NCBI GenBank assembly: GCA_030390025.1
Contig: CM059453.1
Location: forward strand, 7,688,001 to 7,752,000
DNA: 64,000 bases
Origin: Squalus acanthias
Taxonomy: Eukaryota
Reading direction: 5' to 3'
Positions 12,562 through 24,164 of the stretch are shown piece by piece (the stretch's first letter is position 1; each line of letters opens with the position of its first letter). The notes below the pieces were generated by a model that saw nothing but the letters and a program-made list of their open reading frames with translations, was not told the origin of the DNA and did no database searches. The position numbers and the translations under genes were made by a program.

Positions 12562-12920
12562 ATAAGATCCTGAGGAGTCTTGACAGGGTGGATGTGGAGA
12601 GGATGTTCCCTCTTGTGGGAGAATCTAGAACTAGGTGTCACTGTTTAAAAAAAAGGGGTCGGCCATTTAAGACAGAGATGAGGAGAATGTTTTTCTCAGA
12701 GAGGGTCGTGAGTCTTTGGAATTCACTTCCTCAGAGGGCGGTGGAAGCAGAGTCTTTGTATATTTTTAAGGCAGTAGTAGATATATTCTTGATTAGCAAG
12801 GGGGGTGAAAGGTTATCGGGGTTAGCAGGGAATGTGGAGAAATCAGATCAGCCATGATCTTATTGAAAGGTGGAACAGACTCGAGGGGCCGAGTGGCCGA
12901 CTCCTGCTCCTAATTAGTAT
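12562..12920 (+). mobile_element. CR1 3' fragment specific to gene A
   Basis: GESRTR.H...WNSLPQRAVEA; flanked by a repeated AAACAGA; empty site in gene C near 57535. Confidence 0.85.
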
Positions 12921-13174
12921 ATAAACAGACCCGGAAATGAGAGACTGATTTTAAATGCATTCATTATTCCCACCGCAACTTTCAACGAGATGTTGGCCAG
13001 ACCATAAACTACTCCAAATATCCATGGATTCAGACTTAAATTACCAATGGATTTGGCATGCAGCTATCGAATGGAACTGTTATTTGCTGACATTAACACC
13101 GTTCAGTTAGTCACTGACAGGTGAAGGACCAAACCGTCCGCCGTACTTATTTTACAGTAAAATGTAATATATAC

Positions 13175-13462
13175 CTTCAGTTTTGAGCTGGTATTTTCCG
13201 ACAGTAACGCCATGCTCGTTTACTCCAAAACATGAGATCAGTTGTCCAGTTCCAGTTGGGTGAGTCAGTGTCAGGGAGCTCTGCTCCAGGTAGATATTCA
13301 ACTGCGAGGAGAGGATATTGATATCTGAACTGTTCGCAGTGATGTTTCTCCCATTGATGCCCCAGGTGATGTTTGCTGGGGGGTTGGCTCTCACACTGCA
13401 GGTACAATGAATCCAACTCTCAGCACTGGTGCAGGTCGGGCCTGATACTATTGTCGGTTTAA
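13175..13462 (-). CDS. Gene A exon 5, membrane-proximal Ig domain c (canonical acceptor mutated)
   Basis: Open frame GPTC...CTCSVRANPPANITW...SSLTL...ISCFGVNEHG, donor G|GTATAT; acceptor AG>AT relative to the paralogs; in-frame cryptic TAG 15 nt downstream. Confidence 0.75.
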
Positions 13463-13714
13463 ATAAAAAAAAGTGAAGTCATATTGAAATAGTTTCCATG
13501 CAGCGGTTTGCAGTGTCTAAATAGAACCAATTTCGGCGATTAGATTAAGAAGAGAGGTCACTGCACATAACGAATTTGATTAGAACCATTCAATGTTACT
13601 TTCATTTCATGCTTCATCAGACTTTCCTTTCCCCTATTTCTAGCAAGGCAGTTAATAAGGTATGGAATTGCATCAAGCAGTCAATCGATCCATATATTTC
13701 CTGGAATAACATGT

Positions 13715-14070
13715 GGGATCAGTCGGTTGTCCTTTGAGTAGAGATTGAGTAGTTTGGACCTATACTCGCTGGAGTTTAGAAGAATGAGAGATGATCTCAT
13801 TGAAACATGATATTCTGAGGGGGATTGTCAGGGTAGATGCTGAAAGATTGTTTCCCCTGTCCGGAGAGCTGAAAACTATGGGGCATAGTTTCATGATAAG
13901 GGGACGGCCGTTTTAGACTGAGATCAGGAGGAATTTCTTCACTCAGAGGGTAGTGAATCTTTGGAATTCTCTGCCCCAAAGGGTTGTGGATGCTGAGTCA
14001 TTGAGTATATTCAAGGCTGAGATAGACAGATTTTTGGACTCTAGGGGAATCAAGTGATATGGAGATCCCA
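13715..14070 (+). mobile_element. CR1 3' fragment
   Basis: CR1 3' coding motifs; paralogs at 34455-34660 and 56285-56750. Confidence 0.8.
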
Positions 14071-14326
14071 CATATTCATTCAGTTGGTTTTAACCCATCA
14101 GAGATACATTTTACCTGGAGTTGTGTATCGGGGTGTCCAGTTGTTTTTTAAAAGTGTCATTTACTCAATTAATTTGGTTGAACTCTCCTTTTACTGACAT
14201 TTCAGGCAATATTACTACGGATTTTGAGACAGTTGTGTGAACACTGGGGGGAAAACACCGAGGCCTAATCACTGTAAGACGGATTGATGTCCCAATATAC
14301 ATTTGATAGGTTGACACAGCACTTGC

Positions 14327-14584
14327 ATTGTACAGAAATCTTTGAGGAGCTGTTCGCTTTGCCCAAGTTATTATCAGCCACGCACCAATATTCACCGTTA
14401 TATTCAAAACTAATGTTGTGGAATATGTGCTTCAGTTCACCAGTGGAAGACTTGCTGATCTCCTCACCATTTCGGACCAAGGTTAAGTTGCTCGCTATGG
14501 TCCCCCTGGCCGTGCAGTATAATAATAAAGAGCTCCCTTCCACTGCTGCTATAGAGGAATTGATGGCTGGTTTCTGTGGGCCAT
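14327..14584 (-). CDS. Gene A exon 4, Ig domain b (non-canonical GC donor)
   Basis: tccag acceptor, 258 nt, EGSSLLLYC...GEYWCVADNNLG; donor is T|GCAAGT where the gene C paralog has T|GTAAGT. Confidence 0.85.
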
Positions 14585-14959
14585 CTGGAAGAGATGATGC
14601 CATTGTTTCTAAATGCGGTTATCAGTGCGGATGAGGAAAATAAAACAATATATGTGACAACTAAAGAAGAATATAAAACTTTGATATGTTGGTTTTCTTG
14701 TAAACTATGAATTCAAAATGCAGCACATGACTTTTACGCCCTAGATGATAAGCTTATTTCAAAACTAAGCCTTCTTTTCCTTCTTATCTTCAAGGATTTG
14801 AAGAGTTATATGTTTTCCCGCATAAGGTTCTATTCCTCCGGTACATCAACCAAGTGGCCATTCCTCCCAGAATAAGTAGGGTGGACTTTCCCATCTCTTA
14901 CACAGTGGTGGTGAGGCCAATTGTAGAATCCCGAACACCGCCCCAGCTAAATTGCGCCA

Positions 14960-15625
14960 CAGGTTAGCAAGACCATAAAAAAGCAAACCAAGCACTAGGG
15001 TTTATTCCGAAATGGATAAAATTAAAAAGTAGGAAAGTTATGCTAAATCTATATCGAACCATGGTTAGACCACATTTAGAGTACTGCATGCAATTCTGGC
15101 CGCTATATTATAAAAATGATATAGAGGCACTGGAGAGTGGGTAGAGAAGAATTGCAAGGATGGTGCCAGAAATGCGAGTGTATACATATCAGGGAAGGAT
15201 GAACAGGCTGAGTCTTTTTTGTCTTGAAAAAAGACGGCTGAGGGGTGACCTAATAGAGGTCTTTTAAATTATGAAAGGCATTCATAGAGCGGATACAGAG
15301 AGAATGTTTCCACTTGTGGTGAAGAAGATAACTGGAGGCCATCAATATAAGATAGTCACCACAAATCCAACAGGGAATTCAGAAGAAACGTATTTACCCA
15401 GAGAGTGGTGAGATTGTGGAACTCGTTACCACAGGGAGTGGTTGAAGCGAATAGTATAGATGCATTTAAGGGGAGGGTGGACAAGCATATGAGGGAGAAG
15501 GTAATAGCGGGTTACACTGATAGAGTTAGATGAGGAAAGACGGGAGGAGGCTCAAGTGGAGCATAAACGTCGGCATAGACTGGTTATGCCCAATGACCTG
15601 TTTCTCTGCCGTATGTCCTATGTAT
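14960..15625 (+). mobile_element. CR1 3' fragment
   Basis: VRPHLEYC.QFW motif; paralogs at 37500-38170 and 53295-53955 (both minus). Confidence 0.85.
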
Positions 15626-15914
15626 ATATGTGAGTTAGCTCAAACCATGAATGGACTCTCCTTGGCCTGCATGTTCCAGTTACTATGTGGCTGAACAAAA
15701 ATCAGGTGTTGGAAGCCTTTGCAATTATATTTCATATAAACCACATCCCTGGAGTGACCAATATTACTCCATGGTTCTGGGGCAAATGTGAAATAATATG
15801 ACTTACAAGAAGCTTCAATTATCCAGGCGAGCTATCACTATATTTAGCATACAGACATCTATTGAACCGCTTCATCAATAAGTTGGTTGAATGAAGCGCA
15901 GAGCAGGCACTTAC

Positions 15915-16226
15915 TTTTAACATCCAGTGTAAGAGTTTCTTCATCAGTAGCTGTGACACCGTCGACTATAAGTTTACATCCCAGCTTCTTCCCATGATGG
16001 TCCAGTGATGGGCTGAAGTTGAAAGTGGATGAAACCTTCTGGGAATCGTCGAAACTGTTATCATATCCTTTTGAAGTTTTAATCGCTGGCAGAAATGCAG
16101 GTACAACATTGTCATGGGTCCACATCAATTCAAGGTTGGCGGACGGGCAACTGTGGGTGACTGAGCAGGTCAGGTGTGCTGGCTTTCCGGCAATCAATTC
16201 CCCAGAGACTGATATCCGTGGTTTAT
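15915..16226 (-). CDS. Gene A exon 3, C2-set Ig domain a
   Basis: tacag acceptor, A|GTAAGT donor, 312 nt; LTCSVTHSCP...W...F.PS.DHHGKKLGC is typical of Siglec domain 2, including the extra Cys for the V-C2 disulfide. Confidence 0.92.
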
Positions 16227-16479
16227 CTGTAAGGAGAGAAGGACATTCGCGTTACAGTAGATTTTAATTTAAATAATGTCCAACGGTGTGAAATTTGATT
16301 TAGCCCAAATAATTTGAAACACGACCCTATGATATGGGGGTCCATAAATGATCAGATTGAAGCAATCCCTCCTAAGTATTGACCATGTCCTCTGACCTGT
16401 CCATTAGAAGTACAAATCTTGATTTAATTAAACACATCCTTGAGGGATTGAATTTTGACAAACCGGTCTTGACTTTTAT

Positions 16480-17150
16480 TCATTCATGGAATGTGAGCGT
16501 CGCTGACATGGCCACCATTTATGACCCATCCCTAATTGACCTTGAGAAGGAGCTGGTGAGCCACGTTCTTCAACCGCTGCAGTCCGTGTGCTGAAGGTAC
16601 TCCCACAGTGCTGTTAGAGAGGCAGTTCCATGGATTTGACCCTGCGACAATGAAAGTTCGGCGATATATTTCCAAGACAGGATGGTGTGTAACTTGGAGG
16701 GGAACTTGGAGATGGTGGTGTTTCCATGCGCCTGCTGCCCTTGTCCTTCGAGGTGGAAGAGGTCGCCTGTTTGGGAGGTGCTGCCGAAGAAGCCTTGGCG
16801 AGTTGCTGCAGTGCATCTTGTAGATGGTAGACACTGCAGCCATGGTGCGCCGGTGGTGGAGGAGTGAATGTCTAAGGTGGTGGATGTGGTGCCAATCAAG
16901 CGGGCTGCTTTGCCCTGGATGGTGTCGAGCATCTTGAGTGTGGTTGGAGCTGCACTCATCCAGGCAAGTGGAGAGTATTCCATCACACTCCTGACTTGTG
17001 CCTTGTTGATGGTGGAAAGGCTTTGCGAGTCAGGAGGTGAGACACTCGCTACAGAATACCCAGCCTCTGACCTGCTCTTTTTGCCACAGTATTTACGTGG
17101 CTGGTTCAAATAAGTTTCTGGTCAATGGTGACACCCAGGATGGTAATGCC
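16480..17150 (-). mobile_element. Non-LTR retrotransposon (CR1/L2/Crack-like) RT 3' end
   Basis: KAQVRSVMEYSPLAWMSAAPTTLK.LDTIQ.KAARLIG; shared with gene B (39010-39700), absent from gene C. Confidence 0.8.
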
Positions 17151-17398
17151 ATCTAGCATTGCACTTACTGACTGATCAACAGAGGGTGCTTCTGTAAGTT
17201 ACTATGAAGGCCAGCGCCCCATTTCAGTTCAAGTCAAAATATAATACACACCTGGGTATTACACAATGGACCAGTCCTGCCGGTGTAGCCTGTGACATGG
17301 GGCAAGAGTAACACGAAATCTTTCCATTTTATGCTAAAATTAAATGGCACTGGCGCGATGGAATATAAACTACATAAGGAACAAATCGAAAAACCTAC

Positions 17399-17779
17399 CT
17401 AAAATAGAAAGAGTGACCTTAGATTCGGTAGAATATCCTTCTCTCTTATTCTGGGCATTGATGATCTCCAATTTGAAATAATAAACACCTTCATCGATCT
17501 TCCTGATGTCCTTCAACTTTAAGGAACATTGTTTCTTTTCAAAGTCGCCGGTGAACTGAGCTCGCCCTCTGTAGTTCAAGGACACGTTGTCTGAATTCCG
17601 TGAATCACAGATAATCGACACCCCTGAGGTACCAGGTTTAGGACCCCCCTTTAACCACATACCCTGTGGACTGCGGCCATAGGCGGGATAATCAAATGTA
17701 CACGGGATCTCTGCACATGACCCGTTTACCGCCGACACCTTCCACGGCACCTTCACAGACCATCGTGAACTATGGACAA
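17399..17779 (-). CDS. Gene A exon 2, Siglec-type V-set Ig domain
   Basis: ccag acceptor, G|GTAGG donor, 381 nt phase 1-1; GSCAEIPCTFDYP...W...GRAQFTGD...CSLKL...D.GVYYFK has the Siglec Cys pattern (two N-terminal Cys, E-strand CSL, no F-strand Cys). Confidence 0.92.
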
Positions 17780-18175
17780 CTGGTGAAAAAACAGAAATTA
17801 AAAACCCAATGAAATCCGCAATAATATCGCAATTTAAACATACCCTGACCGTCAAGTTAAATACTGTTAATTTAACCTTTAATAAACATCCACAAACATA
17901 TTCATTAGTACATCCATTAATACTCGTGAAAGTTTCATTAAAACTCTTTAGATTCCATTAAGTATTCCATTGAAAGTCGATAAATCATAGAGTAAATATT
18001 AGATCATTCTTATAAAATATAAGATAATTTTTCTAATGAAATATACATTAAATGGGCAAATCGGTCATTTGTAAATTTCCAACTAAACATGTACTATCTC
18101 CACAAACAATGAACGTGTTAATTTGCCACACAATGGAAATCGCTTCTATATTAATTATTAAAATGAATATTTTAC

Positions 18176-18218
18176 CTTCGCTAAATATCAGAAGGGAGAT
18201 CAATCTAATACTCTTCAT
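18176..18218 (-). CDS. Siglec-like gene A exon 1, leader peptide (MKSIRLISLLIFSE)
   Basis: ATG at 18218, hydrophobic 14 codons, phase-1 donor GAAG|GTAAAA; homologous 43-nt exon at 51069-51111. Confidence 0.85.
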
Positions 18219-18354
18219 GACTGGAGGCGGTTGACGATGTCAGAATGTCGGAAATTGTTTTTATCACAGATATAATTAATCAGGTTTCTAGATTCCATTC
18301 GCCGGTAATAGACTGGAGTTCATAGCTTAACGAATCAGAGTATTAGGAGGTCAG

Positions 18355-18490
18355 CAGTTCGCCACCCACCAATCATTGGGAACCGTGGTAGCTCAGACAG
18401 CTTGCGCCACTTCTCAAATGTTGGCGATTAAAACTGCTGGAAATCTGAGCCACTTCGAGTATGACAGTGTGCATCAGTGATTGGCCCTCA
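18355..18490 (-). promoter_or_regulatory. Putative proximal promoter (CCAAT boxes, CACCC/GT box) of gene A
   Basis: gccacccaccaatc and gattggcc lie about 150-270 nt upstream of the ATG and are retained upstream of genes B and C; motif-only evidence. Confidence 0.3.
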
Positions 18491-18586
18491 GTTACAGGAT
18501 ATAATGAGGCCCGGTTACTGCTGATTAACCCTGAGCAGAGATGAACCCAGCCCCCTTATCATCTGTACAGTTACAGGACAGGCAGT

Positions 18587-21500
18587 GGCACTTTAGATTG
18601 CAATATCTAAAATAGCCTCTCCACCAGCTTTAGACGCCCCGACTCCCAACTCCCACACACGGAGCTATTTAACAGCCCTTGAACTGCGAGTCTTTGAAGT
18701 GTGAAGCTGTGGTTAGCTCTGCAGCCGTTGTCTGTAGACGTGTGGGTGGATCACCTTCAGTCGTTCGGGGGCACAACACGTATCTGAAATGTCAAAAGAC
18801 ACAAAAGAGTTTATCTTTCAAGAGTTTCAAGTGGGTAAAGTGCCATTTTTAGAAGTCACTTCAATTGTTTATACTGACACTGCAGCGAGATGAAATCTGC
18901 TGAAATTAACTCATTGAGATCCGAGATTATAAAATTTCTGACTTTAGTGCTGGAACTGAGAGGTGTGTCTTGATCTTTTAGATTGAAGTGCCAATGCTGC
19001 TGGAAACAACATGGATATTTTTTTAATCTGCGGGAACAAATCTCTGCGGATTGTTCAATGGAATGAAATCCTGAATACCAACTGGGCGCAATTGGAATCA
19101 GATTAAGAAGCAGAATCAGTCCAGATTAGTTGGAAGATAAGAGGACCGTATCACTGCTACAATGAAGGGGTTAGTGATCAATCGCTACCTTACCTTATAG
19201 ATCTCAGTAAAGCACCTCGGATGAGCCTCGTGCAGTTTGAACAACTCATCTTTCCCATTTTCACAATTCTAAATCTGAAATCCGTTATACTTTCCTGAGG
19301 AAATTGCTTATTTTTCTGCCGCTCTCCCATTACAATATGTTGAGCGTTCTATTCATACTAATTGGACTTCTCCACACAGGAAAGATATTTAATTATCTGG
19401 GTTTTTCCAACGCACACAATAGGAGGGGCTCGGCAGCCGCGACAGATAAATATGGGCTCCTGAACATCCCGGGCACGCAAAGCCTTGTAGAACACTAGGA
19501 ACTGTTGAAAAGGCAAAACAGGTCAGTTGCTGTCTGTGGGGTGAAGATATCAGTGAATATTTTGGGAGAAGAATACAGCAGAATTGAAAACCAAAGATTA
19601 TCAAACTGTTTTGTAAAGCGAGAAAGAAGAAGCCCTGACGAGACAACAGAGGCCCACATTACAGGATGAGGATCACTGGCTTACAAACCAGTTAGTACAA
19701 GGCTGTTACAACATATAAATTATCATCGGGCAGTGAATGGAAATACAATATAAGAACTGAGGAATGTGCAATCGGTACAGAGGATGATAATTGTCCAGCA
19801 GGAACACAACATGTGACTTTCTGAATGTGACTGATTTTAACATTCTAGGATATATACGCATTAAATTGAACATGCAGTCCCGGTGCAATGCCAATTTCTC
19901 TGGATTATCTCTGGGTTTGGGAATTCCGGAAAGCAAACAGTGCCTTCGCGGGAGTACCTCGTGGTTATTCCACTCCCTCAAGGATATTAAATAAGCGAAT
20001 GAGAGTCAGTGAGAGTGAAATGCTACGGGCAAGTTGCAGCGTCCACGCGACCAACAGTCATTCACCCGCTCAACTAATTGTCTTACAATCGGTGCTGACA
20101 ATAATTGGAGGGTATATGGTACTTTAGATTGCAATATCTAAAATCGTCTCTCCACCTGCTTTAGAAGCCCCGACACACAACTCCCACACACTGAGCCATT
20201 TATCAGCCCTTGCACTGTGAGTGTTTGAAGTGTGAAGCTGTGGTTAGTCCTGTAGCCGTTGTCTGCAGACGTGTGGGTTGATCACCTTCTGTAGTTCGGG
20301 GACACAACACTTATCTGAAATGTCAAAAGATACAAAGGAATTTATCAGTAAACAGTTTCAAGTGGGTAAAGTGCCATTTTTAGAAGTGACTTCAGCTGTT
20401 TATACTGATACTGCAGCGAGATGAAATCTGCTGAAATTAACTCATTGAGATCCGAGTTGCTACAATGACTGGTTTATGAAGATTCTGACTTTAGTGCTAG
20501 AACTGTGAGGTGTGATTAAGCATTTAGATTGGACTGTCAATGCTGCTGGAAACAATGTGGATATTTTTATCTACAGGAAGAAATGCCTGCAAATTGATCA
20601 TTGGGCTCAAATCCTGGATCCAAACGGGAACCTCATTCGCACACAGTCCAGATTCAAACTGGGCGCATTTGGAATCAGATTATGAAGCAGAATCAGTTCA
20701 GATTATTTGGAAGATAAGAGGACCGTATCACTGCTACCATGAAGGGGTAATTGATCAATCGCTACCTTACCTTATAGATCTCAGTAAAGCACCTCGGATG
20801 AGCCTCGTGCAGTTTGAACAACTCACGCTTTTCCATTTTCACAATTCTAAATCTGAAATCCGTAACAATATCTTGAGGAAATTGCTTATTTTTCTGTCGC
20901 TCTCCCATTACAATATGTTGCGCGTTCTATTCATACTAATTGGACTTCTCCACACAGGAAATATATTTAATACTCCGGCTTTTTCTGAAGCATACCAGAA
21001 GAGGGGCTCGGCAGCCGCGACAGATAGATCAGGGCTCCCGAACATCCCGGGCAACCAAAGCCTTGTAGAGCAGCAGGAACCGTTGACAAGGCAAAACAGG
21101 TCAGTCGCTATCTGTTGGATGAAGATATCAGTGAACATTTTTTGTAAAGAATTAATCAGAATTGGAAACGGAAGGTAATCAAACTGTTTAGTAAAGCGAG
21201 AAAGAAGAAGCCCTGACGAGACAACAGAGGCCCACATTGCAGGATGAGGATCACTGGATAACAAACCAGTTAGTACAAGGCTGTTACAACATATAAAATA
21301 TCATCGGGCAGTGAATGGAAATACAATATAAGAACTGAGGAATGTGCAATCGGTACAGAGGATGATGATTGTCCAACAGGAACACACCATGTGACTTTCT
21401 GAATGTGACTGTTTTTAACATTCTAGGATATATACGCACTAAATTGAACATGCAGTCCCGGTGCAATGCCAATTTCTCTGGACTATCTCTGGGTTTGGGA

Positions 21501-22475
21501 ATTCCGGAAAGCAAACAGTGCCTTCTCGGGAGTGCCTCGTGGTTTTTCCACTCCCTCAAGGATATTAAATAAGTGAATGAGAGTCAGTAAGAGTGAAATG
21601 CACACGGGCAAGTTGCAGCGTCCACGCGACCAATAATCATTCACCCGCTCAGCTAATTTTCTTACAATCGGTGCTGACACTAATTGTAGGGTATATGTTA
21701 CTTCAGATGGCAATATCTAAACTGGACTCTCCACCAGCTTTAGAAGCCCCGACAAACAACTCCCAAACACTGAGCTATTTAGCAGCCCTTGAACTGCGAG
21801 TGTTTGAAGTGTGAAGCTGTGGTTAGTCCTGTAGCCGTTGTCTGCAGACGTGTGGGTTGATCACCTTCAGAAGTTCGGGGACACAACACGTATCTGAAAT
21901 GTCAAAAGATACAAAAGAGTTTATCAGTAAACAGTTTCAAGTTTTTAAAGTGCCATTTTCAGAAGTGACTTCAGCTGCTTAAATTAACAGTCCAGCGAGA
22001 TGAAATCTGCTGAAATTAACTCATTGAGATCCGAGTTGCTACAATGACGTGTTTATGACGATTCTGACTTTAGTGCTAGAACTGTGACGTGTGACGTGTG
22101 CTTTCAGATTAGTGTGTCAATGCTGCTGGAAACAACGTGGATATTTTTATCTACGGGAAGAAATGCCTGCAAATTGATCAGTGGGATCAAATCCTGGTTA
22201 CAAACGGGAACCTCATTTGAACACAGTCCAGCTTCACACTGGGCGCATTTGGAATCAGATTAAGAAGCAGAATCAGTTCAGATTAGTTGGAAGATAAGAG
22301 GACCGTATCACTGCTACCATGAAGGGGTTAGTGATCATTCGATACCTTACCTTATAGATCTCAGTAAAGCACCTCGGATGAGCCTCGTGCAGTTTGAACA
22401 ACTCACTCTTTTCCATTTTCACAATTCTAAATTTGAAATCGGTTACAATTTCCTGAGCAAATTAATTATTTTTTT
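18587..22475. repeat. Tandem array of an unidentified ~1.55-kb unit (starts near 18587, 20118, 21697; third copy partial)
   Basis: Recurrent ACTTTAGATTGCAATATCTAAA starts and repeated ORFs (19706-19981 vs 21284-21559); further copies at about 41088-42875 and, inverted and partial, 49925-50703. Confidence 0.9.
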
Positions 22476-23179
22476 CTGGTGTCTCGGGAATAATCTCCAC
22501 GCCCAACCCTCCGCCCCAACCTACTTCCACCACCTATGATATTCCAAATTGCACAGATTTCCTTCACACTGTATTAATAGTCTTCATTTTCTATTTCTTG
22601 TCATGTATTTATTATCTCATTGTAGGTATTCTATTTGCTTTTTGCTGGTTTTCTTAAGCACGATCCTGCTGTTGATTTAAGCAGTTACCTTAATTTCTTT
22701 ATGCCACTGACAATATCAAATTCTACCCCAGTTAATTACTCTTACAGTTCTTGCTGCACCTGGTAAATTCCTATTACTAGCTGTTGCTGTAACTATTAAA
22801 AAGCGTTGTTACACACTATTTAATAACATAAATATTAGGCCACTATTTACTTTAAAAAATCTCAGCTCTTAAGATCAAATGTACATGGTATCTATTAGGT
22901 TTTCTACAGAATAAAGAGTGAGAGAGAGAAAGCCTGTGAGAGAGAATATGACAGAGAAAGATGGAGACAGGGAATGCGTGCTAAGATCCATGTCACAAAC
23001 TGGATTTACAGGTTAGTTTATGGATGTGTTTTCAGTTCCAGGGCCCAGTTTTTCTTGTTAAAAAAATAAAATGATTATATCATAAGTGGGGACACCCGTT
23101 GCTTTATGTCTGTGTGTGTTGGTGGGCTTGGGTACAGATCCAGGGCCCAGTGTGTTTGTTTTTCTATTCACTTTGCGGG

Positions 23180-23420
23180 CCAAGTTTGGTTTGACTGACT
23201 AGTTTAGGGATGTGTGTTCAAACCCAGGTCTCAGCTTGGCTTTACTGACTAGTTTAGGGGTGTATGGTCAGACCCAGGTCTCAGCTTGGCTTTACTGACT
23301 AGTTTAGGGATATGTGTTCAGACCCAGGTCTCAGCTTGGTTTACTGACTAGTTTAGGGATGTGTGTTCAGACCCAGGTCTCAGCTTGGCTTTAGTGACCA
23401 GTATAAAAATATATGTTCAG
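23180..23420. repeat. 50-bp minisatellite (CCCAGGTCTCAGCTTGGCTTTACTGACTAGTTTAGGGATGTGTGTTCAGA), about 4.5 good copies, degenerate over about 23010-23660
   Basis: Direct reading; shorter paralogous arrays at about 44120-44210 and 49090-49220 (inverted). Confidence 0.85.
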
Positions 23421-24164
23421 GCCCAGAGACCCTTTGGGTTTTATGGACACATTTAGGGATGTGTGTTCAGATTGAGGACAGAATTTGTTTTTTTATTGCT
23501 TTTTCTTTTGGTTGTTTCTTGACTAGTTTATTGAATGTGTGTTCAATCCAGGCCACCGCTTGGTTTTGACTGTCTGGATGAGAAATGTCTGTGCAAATCC
23601 AGGGCCCAGTTGGGTTTTACGGACTCAATTAGGGATATGTGTTCAGCTCCAGGGCCCAGTTTTGTATTAACCACAGATGATGCCGAATGGCTGGTCAATC
23701 CCAGAGTGGAGGTTTGTGCAATGCACTCTGCTCAATTATGCCCCAAACAAGACCCAGTTGGCTTTGAGAATGTCAGGTGATGTGATGTGTGTCAACTTCG
23801 GGACAAAGTTCATGGTTAACACAGAATGTTCCTTGGTGTCTGCTCAGTGTCTCATTCAGTGTGGCTGCACCGAGGTGGATTTACTTACACCGTGTGCCAG
23901 TATAGCACCAGCGCAGAGGTGTGAAGTGCTGTGTTCGATTAGAGCCCCTGTAGCTGTGGTTACAACAGCACACAGCCCGCTGCTATCTATGACGTTCTTG
24001 GGTGTGAATCATTCTGGACAATGGAACCAGAATGAGTTTATATGTGATCAGGCACCATCCGCTTATACTCTATGCTGCATCTTGAAATGAGTTGTTGTGT
24101 TTGCAGCTCTGTGTTTAAACTGTACTGCAAAGTGAGAGATCAGAATTGACAGTGAATTACAGGA

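Noticed and set aside
17399-17779. Rearranging Ig/TCR/IgNAR V segment
   Set aside because: No YYC motif and no recombination signal sequences; the exon encodes a complete domain ending in a splice donor
4406-18218. Assigning the symbol MAG, CD22, SIGLEC1 or SIGLEC15
   Set aside because: Four Ig domains, this tail and the multi-copy rapid divergence fit none of them; orthology needs a phylogeny
19190-19990. Resemblance of unit translations to RhoGAP (LRKLLIFLPLSHYNML), trypsin (ITGWGSL) or class C GPCR TM7 (CILLPK)
   Set aside because: Short, mutually incompatible matches that lack the flanking conserved motifs, most likely coincidence
23180-23420. CRISPR-like or tRNA array
   Set aside because: Spacerless 50-bp minisatellite with no cloverleaf or A/B boxes
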